From an uncultured delta proteobacterium (GTDB lineage: Bacteria; Myxococcota; Myxococcia; Myxococcales; Myxococcaceae), in contig CAVZMH010000022.1 of the NCBI GenBank assembly GCA_963776345.1, positions 160,001 to 224,000 of the forward strand: a stretch of DNA of 64,000 nt, given 5' to 3'. The notes below the pieces were generated by a model that worked only from the letters and a program-made list of their open reading frames with translations, searched no databases and had not been told where the DNA came from. Position numbers and translations under genes: made by a program. Each line of letters opens with the position of its first letter. The stretch's first letter is position 1. This document shows, piece by piece, positions 51,507 through 62,240 of the stretch.

Positions 51507-52966
51507 TCGCGCGGGGCCGGCTTCCGGTCGCCCTGGGAGCGCTGGTCTGCGCGGCGTGTCCTGCCGTCGTCCCGCCCAGGGACACCGCTGCCCGGGAGTC
51601 CCCTGCCTCCGCCGTGGCCGGTCCCGAGCTCTTCGTGGACCCCTCCGCGCCCCCGGGGGGCGACGGGAGCCGCGCGCGCCCGTTCCGGACGCTGGGCGAG
51701 ACGCCGGGCCGGGGACGCATCCGTCTGGCCTCTGGGGTCTACCCGGGGGGGCTCCTGCTCGAGGACGTGGAGCTGGTGGGCGGTGCGGCGGTGGTGCTCG
51801 CCTCGAGCCCGCCCGGGCCCTGTGTCCGGACCCGCGGGACGGTGCGCCTGGACCAGGTGCAGATCCAGGGCGGGGCGGGGGGGCTGGTGGTCGAGAGCGG
51901 ACGGACCACGCTCGAGTCGGTGCGCCTGAGCGGGCAACGGGGCGCCGCCATCGAGGTCGCCGGGGGGGCAGAGCTGATCCTCGCCCGCTCGGCGCTCCAG
52001 GCCTCCGTCTCCGGAGTCCCCGGAGTGCGTATCCTCCCCGGCGGCCGGGCGGAGCTCCGGGAGGTGGTCATCAAGGGACCGTTCCAGCGCGCGGTCGAGG
52101 CGACCCGTCCGGTGGCGCTCCGGCTGGCGGGAGTCCAGGTCCAGGACGCGGTGACCGGGCTCTGGCTGTCGGGTGGCGCGGGGGCGGCCGAGTCCCTCGA
52201 GGTGCGCGGGGGCCGCGGGCCCGGCATCTACGTCGCCGGCGGCGCGCTCCAGCTCCGGGACATCCGGGTCTCGGGCCACGAGTACGGGCTCCTCACGGGC
52301 GAGGGCGCCCGGGTCGAGGGACGGGGGCTGCGTTCGGTGGGCGCCGAGCGTGCCGGCGTCGCCGTGGTGCTCTCCCGGGCCGTGCTGGAGGACGTCCGCG
52401 TGGAGTCGGCGGGGCAAACGGCGGCGGTGCAGCTCGTCTCCTCCGACGTCCGGATCCGGGGGCTGGAGGTGCAGGGCGGGCGGTCGCTGGGCCTGATGGC
52501 CCGCGATGCCGAGCTGACGGTGGAGGGGGCGACGGTGGCGGGGCTCAGGAGCGCGGACTCCGCAGAGGGAGACGCGTTCCAGATCCGCGGCGGCCGAGCG
52601 TCGCTCACCGGAGTCCACGTCCAGGAGTGCAGCGGGATCGGCGTCCTCGCGGCGGAGGGGGCGCAGGTGACGCTCGTCCGGTCGACCATCGGCAGCGCGG
52701 GCGTGGCCGGCCTGGCGGTCGAGACGGGGGCGCGGCTCACCGCCTCGGAGGTCACCATCGAGCGCACGCAGGGCCCGGCGCTGCTGGTGACCGAGCGCGG
52801 GGTGGCGGAGCTGCGGGCGATCACCGCTCGCTCCAACCGGGACGGCCCGGTGTGGGCCGAGTGCGGCCAGGGCGTGGAGGTGGACATCGACGGCTGGATC
52901 GGCGACGTGGCGCCCGCGCCCGCGCCATGCGTCCGGACGAGCTCCCCGCTCAGCCCGCGTCGCTGA
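51503..52966 (+). CDS. right-handed beta-helix (pectin-lyase-like) protein, start uncertain
   Basis: LFVDPSAPPGGDGSRARPFRTL, LASGVY, many G-rich beta repeats; hydrophobic Cys-containing N-terminus. Confidence 0.7.
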   Translation: MIARGRLPVALGALVCAACPAVVPPRDTAARESPASAVAGPELFVDPSAPPGGDGSRARPFRTLGETPGRGRIRLASGVYPGGLLLEDVELVGGAAVVLASSPPGPCVRTRGTVRLDQVQIQGGAGGLVVESGRTTLESVRLSGQRGAAIEVAGGAELILARSALQASVSGVPGVRILPGGRAELREVVIKGPFQRAVEATRPVALRLAGVQVQDAVTGLWLSGGAGAAESLEVRGGRGPGIYVAGGALQLRDIRVSGHEYGLLTGEGARVEGRGLRSVGAERAGVAVVLSRAVLEDVRVESAGQTAAVQLVSSDVRIRGLEVQGGRSLGLMARDAELTVEGATVAGLRSADSAEGDAFQIRGGRASLTGVHVQECSGIGVLAAEGAQVTLVRSTIGSAGVAGLAVETGARLTASEVTIERTQGPALLVTERGVAELRAITARSNRDGPVWAECGQGVEVDIDGWIGDVAPAPAPCVRTSSPLSPRR

Positions 52967-54062
52967 CCGGGCGCGGGGCGGGCTCGGGGTCCGGCGTGGC
53001 CCGGTCCGAGACCCAGCGGAGGATGCGCGGGTAGACCTCCATCGGCGCGTGCTCGCCGAAGAGGAGGTCGCCATGCCCGTAGTCCAGCGTGTCGCCGTTC
53101 TCGCGCCCGAAGAGCATCACCGTCTTGTCCTCCGAGCCGAGCAGCTCGGCCTGGCCCAGGATCACCGGGGGCGTGGCGAGCGCGTCCTGGCTCCCGCCCA
53201 TGACCAGCACCGGCGTGGTCACCTCGCGCAGCCGGGCCCGGTAGTCGATGCGGCCGTCCCGGCTGCGGAACGCGTCGTGCGCGTTCCAGTCCGCGAGCTG
53301 CCGGAGGAGCCGGTAGCCCATCGAGGAGACGAGGTTGCAGTACACCTTGCGCAGCACCCGCGGGTCGATGGCCCTGGGGTTGACGAGCACCTCGGTGAGC
53401 GGGAGCGTCACGTGGCCGAGGAGGGGAGCGAGCCCGATGCTCAGCAGGCGCTGTCGGAAGGCCAGCGGCCAGGCCAGCCACAGCGCGAGCCTGGACAGCC
53501 GGGCCACCCAGCCCGTGTACCGGAAGAAGACCGGCGCCCCGAGCGCGCACAGCCCCTGGATGCGCCCGCCCTCCGGCCCGCCGAGCACTCCGTAGCCGAC
53601 GAGGGCGCCGAGCGAGTGGCCCACCCAGAAGGCGCGCGAGGCCCCGGTGCGCTCGAGCGCGTGGGCGAGGAGGGCAGGTCCGTCCTGGGCGATGAGGTCG
53701 TCGGCGTCGTAGAGGAAGCGTCGCCACCACCGGCGGGCCCGCGACGCCCCCGCCCCGCGCCAGTCGACGCTGAACACCTCGAAGCCGGCGGCGGCGAGGG
53801 CGTGGGCCAGGGAATGCGGCGGGTCGAAGTCGAAGTTGACGTGGTTGGCGGCGAGGCCATGGCAGAGGAGCACCGGCTCGAGGAAGCGGCGGACCTCCGG
53901 GCGGCGCCGGTGGACGGCGATGCGCGTCCCGTCCGGCGTGGGCACCAGCTCCCGCTCCGGACGCGGGCTGCGGAGCCGGTAGTACGTGCGCACGGCGATC
54001 AGGTAAGCGCCCGTGGCCAGGGCCAGGAGCCCTGCGGTGGTGACGGCCCGCGCCGGGTCCAT
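52950..54062 (-). CDS. alpha/beta hydrolase
   Basis: LCHGL, GHSLG, GSQD, YGHGDLL; N-terminal TM. Confidence 0.88.
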   Translation of the reverse strand: MDPARAVTTAGLLALATGAYLIAVRTYYRLRSPRPERELVPTPDGTRIAVHRRRPEVRRFLEPVLLCHGLAANHVNFDFDPPHSLAHALAAAGFEVFSVDWRGAGASRARRWWRRFLYDADDLIAQDGPALLAHALERTGASRAFWVGHSLGALVGYGVLGGPEGGRIQGLCALGAPVFFRYTGWVARLSRLALWLAWPLAFRQRLLSIGLAPLLGHVTLPLTEVLVNPRAIDPRVLRKVYCNLVSSMGYRLLRQLADWNAHDAFRSRDGRIDYRARLREVTTPVLVMGGSQDALATPPVILGQAELLGSEDKTVMLFGRENGDTLDYGHGDLLFGEHAPMEVYPRILRWVSDRATPDPEPAPRPVSDAG

Positions 54063-54133
54063 GGTGCTAGAGTCCCCCGCCCCGGCGGGCAGAGCCAGGA
54101 CAGGGGCCCGCCCGTCGCAGGGGCCGGAGATCG

Positions 54134-54961
54134 ATGAAGCTGCACAAGCTCAAGTTCGTCCTGCCCAACCTGTTCACCGTCACGTCGATCTTCTGCGGCT
54201 TCTACGCCCTGACGCTCTGCGCTGGCGAGGCCAGCCCCTCCCAGCTCTACCAGGCCGCGCTGGCCATCTTCTTCGCCATGTTCTTCGACGGGTTCGACGG
54301 CCGCGTGGCGCGCCTCACCCGGACCCAGACCCAGTTCGGGGTGGAGCTGGACAGCCTGGCCGACGTCATCTCCTTCGGCGTGGCTCCGGCGATGCTGGTC
54401 TACAAGTGGGCGCTCGCACCGCTCGGGCTGGTGGGCCTGCTGGTCTCCTTCATGTTCACCGCCTGCGGGGCGCTGCGGCTGGCCCGCTTCAACGTGCTGG
54501 CCCATGCGACCGACCACTCCGGCAGCGGCCGCTTCTTCGTCGGCCTGCCCATCCCCCTGGCGGCGGGGATGATCGTCTCGATGGTCATCGCCCACCACGG
54601 GATGCGGGGAGGGGACCCGCTGGGGACGGGCGCCCAGGTGCCCATCGCCATCGTGGTGGCGGTGCTGTCGCTCCTGATGGTCTCGACGCTTCGCTACCGG
54701 ACGTTCAAGGACGTGCGGCTGAACCGCCGGACCCTGAGCGTCTTCATGCTGGTGTGCCTGGCGGGCGTCCTGGTGGCGACCCGCATCCACCCCTCGTACG
54801 TGCTGGTGGTGTACTTCGGCGCGTATCTCCTCCTGGGGTTCGTCGAGTCAGGGCTCTTGCTCGGACGTCGCCTCTCCGAGCGGCGGGAGGCGAGCGAGCC
54901 GATGCCCGCCGATGGCGTGCTCGAGGACGAGGACGAGGTGGACGAGCAGGATTTTCTGTAA
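54134..54961 (+). CDS. pssA: CDP-diacylglycerol--serine O-phosphatidyltransferase
   Basis: LPNLFT, DGFDGRVAR...FGVELDSLADVISFGVAP, LRLARFN, FVGLPIP. Confidence 0.92.
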   Translation: MKLHKLKFVLPNLFTVTSIFCGFYALTLCAGEASPSQLYQAALAIFFAMFFDGFDGRVARLTRTQTQFGVELDSLADVISFGVAPAMLVYKWALAPLGLVGLLVSFMFTACGALRLARFNVLAHATDHSGSGRFFVGLPIPLAAGMIVSMVIAHHGMRGGDPLGTGAQVPIAIVVAVLSLLMVSTLRYRTFKDVRLNRRTLSVFMLVCLAGVLVATRIHPSYVLVVYFGAYLLLGFVESGLLLGRRLSERREASEPMPADGVLEDEDEVDEQDFL

Positions 54962-54979
54962 GCCGTCTCATCCGGACCC

Positions 54980-56236
54980 ATGCGCATCGAGGCTCTCTGC
55001 ACCGGTGACGAGCTGCTCACCGGCGTCACCACCGACACCAACAGCACCTGGTTCCAGGAGCGGCTGCTCGCGCACGGCGAGCAGGTCGCCCGGACGACCG
55101 TGGTGGGCGACGTCCGGGAGGAGATCCTCGAGGCGCTCCGGACGCTCTCCGCGCGGTCGGACGTGGTGCTGGTCTCGGGCGGTCTCGGGCCGACGGCGGA
55201 CGACCTCACGGCCGAGGTCGCGGCGGAGGCCGCGGGCGTGCCGCTGGTCCTCCACCCCGGGGCGCTGGAGGCGCTGCGGGAGCGCTTCGCCCGGCGCGGC
55301 CTCACCGTCACCGAGAACAACGTCAAGCAGGTGAAGGTGCCCGAGGGCGCCGAGGTGGTGCTCAACCCCGCGGGCAGCGCGCCGATGTTCGTGCTCCGGC
55401 TGGGGAAGGCGGTGCTGTTCTTCCTCCCCGGCGTCCCGCGCGAGTACCGGGCGCTGGTGGACACGGCGGTGCTTCCCCGCATCGACGCGCTCCGGGCCGA
55501 GCGGGGCGACACGGGCTTCCGGGCGCTGCGGCTGCTCAAGACGGTGTTCCTCGCCGAATCGCACCTCGACGCGCGGGTGCGGCCTCTGTTCGCCGCCCAC
55601 CCGCGGGTGACGTTCGGGTTCCGGACGCACTTTCCCGAGAACCACCTCAAGCTGATGGCCGAGGGCCGCACGGCGGAGGAGGCGCGGGAGGTGCTCGAGG
55701 CGGCCGACGCCGCGGCCCGCCCCCTCCTCGGCGACCACCTCTTCGGGGTGGACGGCGAGACGATGGCCTCGGTGGTGGGGCGGCAGCTGCTCGCCCGCCG
55801 TGAGACGGTGGCCCTGGCCGAGAGCTGCACCGGGGGGCGCATCGGCGACATGCTGACCGAGTCGGCGGGCGCGAGCGCGTACTTCCTCGGGAGCGCGGTC
55901 ACCTACGCCAACGGCCTCAAAGAGAGCTGGTTGGACGTGGCGCACGCGACGCTGGTGGCGAACGGAGCGGTGTCCGAGGCGGTGGCGCGGGAAATGGCGC
56001 GCGGGGCGCGAGCGTCGGCGGCGAGCACCTGGGCGCTCTCGGTGACCGGCATCGCGGGACCAGACGGCGGAAGCGCCGAGAAGCCGGTGGGCACGGTGTT
56101 CATCGGGCTCGCCGGGCCGGAGGGGGCGGAGGTCCGCGCGCACCGGTTCCACGGCGACCGGGAGCAGATCCGCACCGCGAGCGCCTACGCCGCGCTGGAC
56201 TGGCTGCGGCTCCGCACCCGGGGGACGGCCTCGTGA
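54980..56236 (+). CDS. cinA: CinA-family protein (MoCF-like domain + NMN deamidase)
   Basis: GDELLTG..DTN, SGGLGPTADD, LPGVPRE, AESCTGG, SVTGIAGPDGG. Confidence 0.92.
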   Translation: MRIEALCTGDELLTGVTTDTNSTWFQERLLAHGEQVARTTVVGDVREEILEALRTLSARSDVVLVSGGLGPTADDLTAEVAAEAAGVPLVLHPGALEALRERFARRGLTVTENNVKQVKVPEGAEVVLNPAGSAPMFVLRLGKAVLFFLPGVPREYRALVDTAVLPRIDALRAERGDTGFRALRLLKTVFLAESHLDARVRPLFAAHPRVTFGFRTHFPENHLKLMAEGRTAEEAREVLEAADAAARPLLGDHLFGVDGETMASVVGRQLLARRETVALAESCTGGRIGDMLTESAGASAYFLGSAVTYANGLKESWLDVAHATLVANGAVSEAVAREMARGARASAASTWALSVTGIAGPDGGSAEKPVGTVFIGLAGPEGAEVRAHRFHGDREQIRTASAYAALDWLRLRTRGTAS

Positions 56237-57573
56237 CCGCGCCCGCGCGCCGCCAGTCCACGGCGGAGGTGGCGGCCTGGACCTGGATGCGGGCCTACCG
56301 GAACGAGCTCCTGGTCTTCGCCGGCAGCCTCTTGGCGCTGGCGTGCTTCAGCGGTCCCCGGTTCCTGCGGCAGAGCGCCGCGCCGCACTTCGTGTACCAG
56401 GCGAAGGCGTTCCTCGACGGGCGGCTGGACCTCGACCCCGAGACGCTGCCCAACCTCGAGGACTGGGCCTGCGTGCGCGAGGTCGGCGGGGTGAAGACCC
56501 GCTGCGCAGGCCCGACGCTCCCCACCGACCGCTGGTACGTCAGCTTCCCCGCGTTCCCGGCGGTGGTGATGCTCCCGTTCGTCGCAGTGAACGGCTGGCA
56601 ATTCAACGACACCAGCTTCGGCGTCATCCTCGGCGCGCTGGCCATCACGCTCTTCTACTGGCTGGCCCGGGGGCTCTCCCGGCGGGGAGAGCTGCACCGG
56701 AGCGACCAGGAGGCGTTGCTCCTGGCCGGCGTGCTCGGGTTCGGGACGCTCCTCTTCTCCTGCACCATCCGCGGCGAGGTGTGGTTCCTGGCCGAGGTGC
56801 TCGGGGTGGTGCTCACCTGCCTCTACGTCCGGGCGGCCGTCGGCGGGGCGCGGCCGGTGCTGGCCGGGGTGCTCTGGTCGATGGCCACCCTCACCCGGAC
56901 GCCGCTGGTCTTCACCGGGCTGTTCTTCTTCCTCGAGGTGCTCACGCCGGGGCCGACGGGACGCCTTCAGCAGCTGCGCGAGGCGCTCCGGAACCCCCGG
57001 CCCTGGATGAAGCCGGTGCTCGGTTTCATCGCCGGAGCGGCGCCGCTGGCGATCCTCGCCATGCTCTTCAACTGGGCGCGCTTCGGGAGCCCGGGCGAGT
57101 TCGGGCACCGGTTCCTCTACGACAACCGGGTGAACGTGGACATCGACACCCACGGCCTGTTCAGCCCGGAGTACCTCCGGCGGAACCTCGAGGCGGCGTT
57201 CCTCATGCTGCCCCGGGTGCAGTGGTCGCCCTTCCGGCTGGGCTACGACCCGCGCGGGCTGTCGCTCCTGGTGACGATGCCCTGGCTGGTGCTGCTGGTG
57301 TTCCCCCGGACGCGGCCGCGGCTCCACTGGCCGGTGTGGCTGACCGTGGCGCTCTGCGCGCTGCCCGGCCTCTTCTACCAGAACACCGGGTACATGCAGT
57401 TCGGGTTCCGGTTCAGCCTCGACTACACGCCCTATCTCGTCTTGCTGCTCGGGCTGTCGGGCTGGTCGTTCCGGAAGACGCTGGTCCGGGTCCTGGTCGG
57501 CGCCGCGCTGGTGGTGAACACCTGGGGCGCGCTGGTCTTCCGGGGGTACACCGAGCTGGTCCGGCGCATGTGA
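56233..57573 (+). CDS. polytopic membrane protein (GT-C glycosyltransferase-like)
   Basis: About 11 TM segments; WYVSFPAFPA, NWARFGSPGEFG, QFGFRFSLD. Confidence 0.65.
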   Translation: MTAPARRQSTAEVAAWTWMRAYRNELLVFAGSLLALACFSGPRFLRQSAAPHFVYQAKAFLDGRLDLDPETLPNLEDWACVREVGGVKTRCAGPTLPTDRWYVSFPAFPAVVMLPFVAVNGWQFNDTSFGVILGALAITLFYWLARGLSRRGELHRSDQEALLLAGVLGFGTLLFSCTIRGEVWFLAEVLGVVLTCLYVRAAVGGARPVLAGVLWSMATLTRTPLVFTGLFFFLEVLTPGPTGRLQQLREALRNPRPWMKPVLGFIAGAAPLAILAMLFNWARFGSPGEFGHRFLYDNRVNVDIDTHGLFSPEYLRRNLEAAFLMLPRVQWSPFRLGYDPRGLSLLVTMPWLVLLVFPRTRPRLHWPVWLTVALCALPGLFYQNTGYMQFGFRFSLDYTPYLVLLLGLSGWSFRKTLVRVLVGAALVVNTWGALVFRGYTELVRRM

Positions 57574-57589
57574 GCCGGCGTGGTCGAGG

Positions 57590-58111
57590 TTGACTTCGGC
57601 CCGGGTCGGTCGCATCGAGGAAGGCGTGGCGGAGATCGGACTTCCGAAGCGCTGGCACACCCGCGAGGACAGCGGGCTGGTCCTCGACCGCGAGCTGAAC
57701 TGGCACCACGACGGCGAGCGCATCACCCATCCGCGGATCATCGAGGCCTTCAACGCGGGCCTGGTGCCCACCGACGACGGGCGCTTCCAGCTGCGCATCG
57801 GTGACGACTGGGCCTACGTCACGGTCGAGGGTCCGGCGTACCGGGTGAACGCCATCGACACCGACGACGCCCGGGTCTACCTCCGGCTGAGCGACCGGAC
57901 CGGCGAGGCGCTGGACCCGTCGACGCTGTGCCTCGGCCCGGACGGGGTGCTCGGCGCCCGGGTCAAGGCCGGACGCGCCGAGGCCCGGTTCTCCCGCGAG
58001 GCGCAGTTCGCGCTCGGGCAGCTGCTGGTCAGAGAGGGCACCGGTTCGGTGCTCGTCCTGCCGGGAGCTCGCATCGAGGTCCCGATCGATCCCTCGGCCA
58101 TCGCGGGCTGA
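57590..58111 (+). CDS. DUF1285-like hypothetical protein
   Basis: WHHDGERITHPRI, VTVEGPAY, ARFSREA; start uncertain (TTG). Confidence 0.6.
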   Translation: MTSARVGRIEEGVAEIGLPKRWHTREDSGLVLDRELNWHHDGERITHPRIIEAFNAGLVPTDDGRFQLRIGDDWAYVTVEGPAYRVNAIDTDDARVYLRLSDRTGEALDPSTLCLGPDGVLGARVKAGRAEARFSREAQFALGQLLVREGTGSVLVLPGARIEVPIDPSAIAG

Positions 58112-58129
58112 ACGGGTCCGGGGCTCATC

Positions 58130-59164
<1,035 letters not shown>

Positions 59165-59446
59165 GCCACGCCTCCCCCGTGTCCGGTGTTCGGGGGCGAC
59201 CCAGCAAGAGCCGGGCCGTGACCGCTGCCCCGGAGGAGGGCGCCGCCCCGTCCGGGGACGCGGGCGCATGCGCCCGCGCCGGCGGACACCCCAACGTCGA
59301 GACCACTTGGATCGACCGGATGATCGCGCCGCAATCGCGGCCGAGGGCTAGGAGCGACGACGGAGCGTGGCCGTCGTCACGTGACGGAGGAGCGACGCGG
59401 CGATCGGGCCGCGAGGGCAAGCGGGGACGGATGATCGGGTTCGGCG

Positions 59447-60220
59447 TTAGGCGGTGCGCTCGGTTCCCGAGGCCTCGGGTGCTGGACCGAGCCCGGGCGC
59501 GGACAGCGAGGCATGGAGCGCGACCACCGCGTCCCGGGCGCGCCGGACGAGCTCCTCGCGCTGGTCCATCGACAGGTCGGCGGTGGGAATCGGCGCGCCG
59601 ATTGCCATTCGGACCACGCCGGGCGCGAGCGGCTTCAGCCCCGAGGGCATCACCCGGACCGACCCCTCGATGGCGATGGGGACCACCGGCACCCCGGCCT
59701 GGAGCGCCAGGACGAACGGCCCCTTCTTGAAGGGGAGGATGCGCCCGTCACGCGACCGCGTGCCCTCGGGGTAGGCGAGGAGAGAGATGCCGCCCCGGAC
59801 GCGCGCGGCGGCGGCGTTCAGCGTGCCGACCGCCTGGGTGCTGTTGGTCCGGTCGACGAAGACCATCCCGGTCCAGGCCATGTACCACCCGAGGAAGGGG
59901 ATCGGCCGCAGCGTGTGCTTGGCGATGAACCGGAGGTCGACCGGCAGCACGGCGAACGCGGCCGGGATGTCGAGCGTGGACTGGTGGTTCATCACATAGA
60001 TGGCGGGGCCGCCGTGCATCGCGTCCGGCGCGCCCTCGACCCGGAGGTCGACCCCGGAGAAGCGGAGCATTCCCGGCGCCCAGAACCGGCGGGCGAACCG
60101 CAGCGGCAAGGAGGGGTCGCGCCTCACCGTGCCGAGCAGCAGGGCCGCGGAGATCCAGAAGATCGACCACACCCCCATCGCGGCGTAGCGGAACGGGCTG
60201 GAAAGTCTGTTCAGTACCAT
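59447..60220 (-). CDS. plsC: 1-acyl-sn-glycerol-3-phosphate acyltransferase
   Basis: NHQSTLD, FIAK, FVDR, YPEGTRS, FKKG. Confidence 0.9.
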   Translation of the reverse strand: MVLNRLSSPFRYAAMGVWSIFWISAALLLGTVRRDPSLPLRFARRFWAPGMLRFSGVDLRVEGAPDAMHGGPAIYVMNHQSTLDIPAAFAVLPVDLRFIAKHTLRPIPFLGWYMAWTGMVFVDRTNSTQAVGTLNAAAARVRGGISLLAYPEGTRSRDGRILPFKKGPFVLALQAGVPVVPIAIEGSVRVMPSGLKPLAPGVVRMAIGAPIPTADLSMDQREELVRRARDAVVALHASLSAPGLGPAPEASGTERTA

Positions 60221-60275
60221 CGTCTGTTCGAACCCGTTGACTTCGGAGCCCCTGGTTCGCACATCCCGGCCAGCG

Positions 60276-61652
60276 ATGGAACCCGCCCAGCGACCCCACG
60301 TGGTGGTGATAGGGGCCGGATTCGCTGGCCTCGAGGCGGCCAAGATCCTCGGCCGGTCGGATGACGTCCGGGTGACGGTCGTCGACCGCCGGAACCACCA
60401 CCTCTTCCAGCCCCTGCTGTACCAGGTGGCCACCGCCGCCCTGGACGTGAGCGACGTGGCCTCGCCGATCCGGGCCATCCTCCGGCGCGCCCGGAACACC
60501 GAGGTGATGCTGGCCGAGGTCTCGTCGATCGACCGGGCGTCCCGCACCGTCCAGCTCACCGACGGGGGCTCGGTCCAGTACGACCACCTGATCGTCGCCG
60601 CCGGCGCCCAGGACACCTACTTCGGCCACGGAGAGTGGGCGGAGTACGCGCCGGGGATGAAGAGCCTGGAGGACGCGCTGGAGGTCCGCCGGCGGGTGCT
60701 CTTCGCCTTCGAGGAGGCCGAGCGCGAGGAGGACGCGGCCCGCCGCCGGGCCTGGCTGACCTTCGTCATCATCGGCGGAGGCCCGACCGGGGTGGAGCTC
60801 GCGGGCTCGCTGAGCGAGATCGCCCACCGGGCGCTCCCCCGCGACTTCCGGCGGATCAACACCCGCGACGCGCGCATCGTCCTGATCGAGGGGCAGGACC
60901 GGCTGTTGCCGGCGTTCTCCGAGCACCTCGGCGCCCGTGCCCGGAAGGACCTCGAGTCGCTGCAGATCGAGGTCCGGCTCGGCACGCGGGTCTCGGCCAT
61001 CGACGCCGAGGGCGTGCTCCTCGGGAGCGAGCGGATCCCGGCGCGGACCGTGCTGTGGGGCGCCGGTGTGGCGCCGTCCCCGCTCGGGAAGATTCTCGGC
61101 GGGCCGGTCGACCGGGCGGGCCGCGTCCAGGTCACCCCCGAGCTCGAGCTGCCGGACGACCGGCGGGTCTACGTGGTGGGCGACCTGGCGGCGGTGACGC
61201 AGGACGGTCAGCCCGTCCCCGGCCTCGCGCCGGCGGCGATGCAGATGGGCCGTGCCGCGGCGCGCAACATCCTGCGTCGCGTGCACGGCAAGCCGCTCGA
61301 GCCGTTTCACTACGCGGACAGGGGGTCGTTCGCGGTGATCGGCCGTGGGGCGGCGGTCGGCTCGATCTTCTCCCGCTTCGAGGTGAAGGGTTTCGTCGCC
61401 TGGATCATCTGGGCGACGGTGCACCTGCTCTACCTGGTGGGGTTCCGCAGCCGGATCGCGGTGATCTTCACCTGGCTGTACTCGTACCTGACGTGGCGTC
61501 GCGTCGCGCGGCTCATCACCTTCACGCCCTGGCTGCGAAGACGCGAGCAGGAGGCCCTCGCCGCGGCGGGCCGGGTTCCCCCATCCGGGGTCGGTTCGGT
61601 TCCGGCGACACCTTCCGCGCCGGTGCCGGTCCACGCCGCGCCGAAGCGCTGA
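60276..61652 (+). CDS. ndh: type II NADH dehydrogenase
   Basis: GAGFAG, HLFQPLLYQVAT, GGGPTGVELAG, VGD, PGLAPAAMQMG. Confidence 0.9.
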   Translation: MEPAQRPHVVVIGAGFAGLEAAKILGRSDDVRVTVVDRRNHHLFQPLLYQVATAALDVSDVASPIRAILRRARNTEVMLAEVSSIDRASRTVQLTDGGSVQYDHLIVAAGAQDTYFGHGEWAEYAPGMKSLEDALEVRRRVLFAFEEAEREEDAARRRAWLTFVIIGGGPTGVELAGSLSEIAHRALPRDFRRINTRDARIVLIEGQDRLLPAFSEHLGARARKDLESLQIEVRLGTRVSAIDAEGVLLGSERIPARTVLWGAGVAPSPLGKILGGPVDRAGRVQVTPELELPDDRRVYVVGDLAAVTQDGQPVPGLAPAAMQMGRAAARNILRRVHGKPLEPFHYADRGSFAVIGRGAAVGSIFSRFEVKGFVAWIIWATVHLLYLVGFRSRIAVIFTWLYSYLTWRRVARLITFTPWLRRREQEALAAAGRVPPSGVGSVPATPSAPVPVHAAPKR

Positions 61653-61659
61653 ACCCTGG

Positions 61660-62195
61660 CGCAGGCTCCCCGAGTGCCTGCGAGCTGGAGCCGGGCTGAG
61701 GGAGACCGGGGGCAGCCGGCTCCAGCGCTCAGGACGCTATAGCAATTTCGCCTACTGACAGTCCGAGTTGCCCTCGCACAACCCATTGAAGTCTCGTCGC
61801 GTCTTCACCAGGGGTGTGCGAGACGATGCTATAGCGTCTCGAGCGCTGGAGGCGGGCCCCCGGGCGCTCCCCTCGTGACTCAGCGTCTCCGGAGTCGGAC
61901 GGCGCACGTGTTACCCGTCGGAGCGCGTCGGCGTTGCGCTCGGGGAGCGCCCGTCAGGCGTTCTCGGGGCGTCCACTCGCGATACCCCGCCGCCGCCGGG
62001 GTTCGAGGCCAGGGACCTGCTCGAGCCGGGCCTGCATGCCGTGGCCGGTCCGCGTCCCTCCAGAGCCGACTCGCCGCCCGTCCGAGGCCGGAGCGTCCCT
62101 GCGGGACTCGCCCTCGTCGAAGCAGGACCTCCTCCCCGGACGACGACCGAGTCGGCTCCGGACTCCACCGGTGCGGGGTGCCCTTCACCCCCGGT
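61660..62195. other. highly structured intergenic region (candidate ncRNA or foldback element)
   Basis: Inverted repeats 61684-61694/61716-61726, 61720-61744/61827-61851, 61773-61780/61815-61822, 61861-61872/61942-61953, 62063-62073/62148-62158, 62175-62191; no credible ORF. Confidence 0.5.
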
Positions 62196-62240
62196 AGTGA
62201 GCGCGCCTCGATCGGCTCCGTTCCACCGCCGGCTCAGGCT

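Noticed and set aside
60198..60215. Third LexA box CTGGAAAGTCTGTTCAGT
   Set aside because: Spacing is one base too long and it lies within the probable plsC 5' coding region.
61720..61851. Firm call as 6S RNA, retron msr-msd or HDV-like ribozyme
   Set aside because: Topology is only suggestive: no RT in the window, no recognisable 6S sequence motifs or usual synteny, and the minus-strand GGGCAAC...GGCGAA resemblance to HDV ribozymes does not give valid P2/P3/L3 geometry.
61880..62197. Short ORFs in the ndh-comM spacer
   Set aside because: No RBS, codon bias or recognisable domain; no hydrophobic type I toxin-like peptide.
61960..62200. RNase P RNA, tmRNA or cobalamin riboswitch
   Set aside because: Only fragments match (minus-strand GAGGAGGTCC vs GAGGAAAGTCC; GCCAGGGACCTGC vs the B12 box); the other required motifs are absent.
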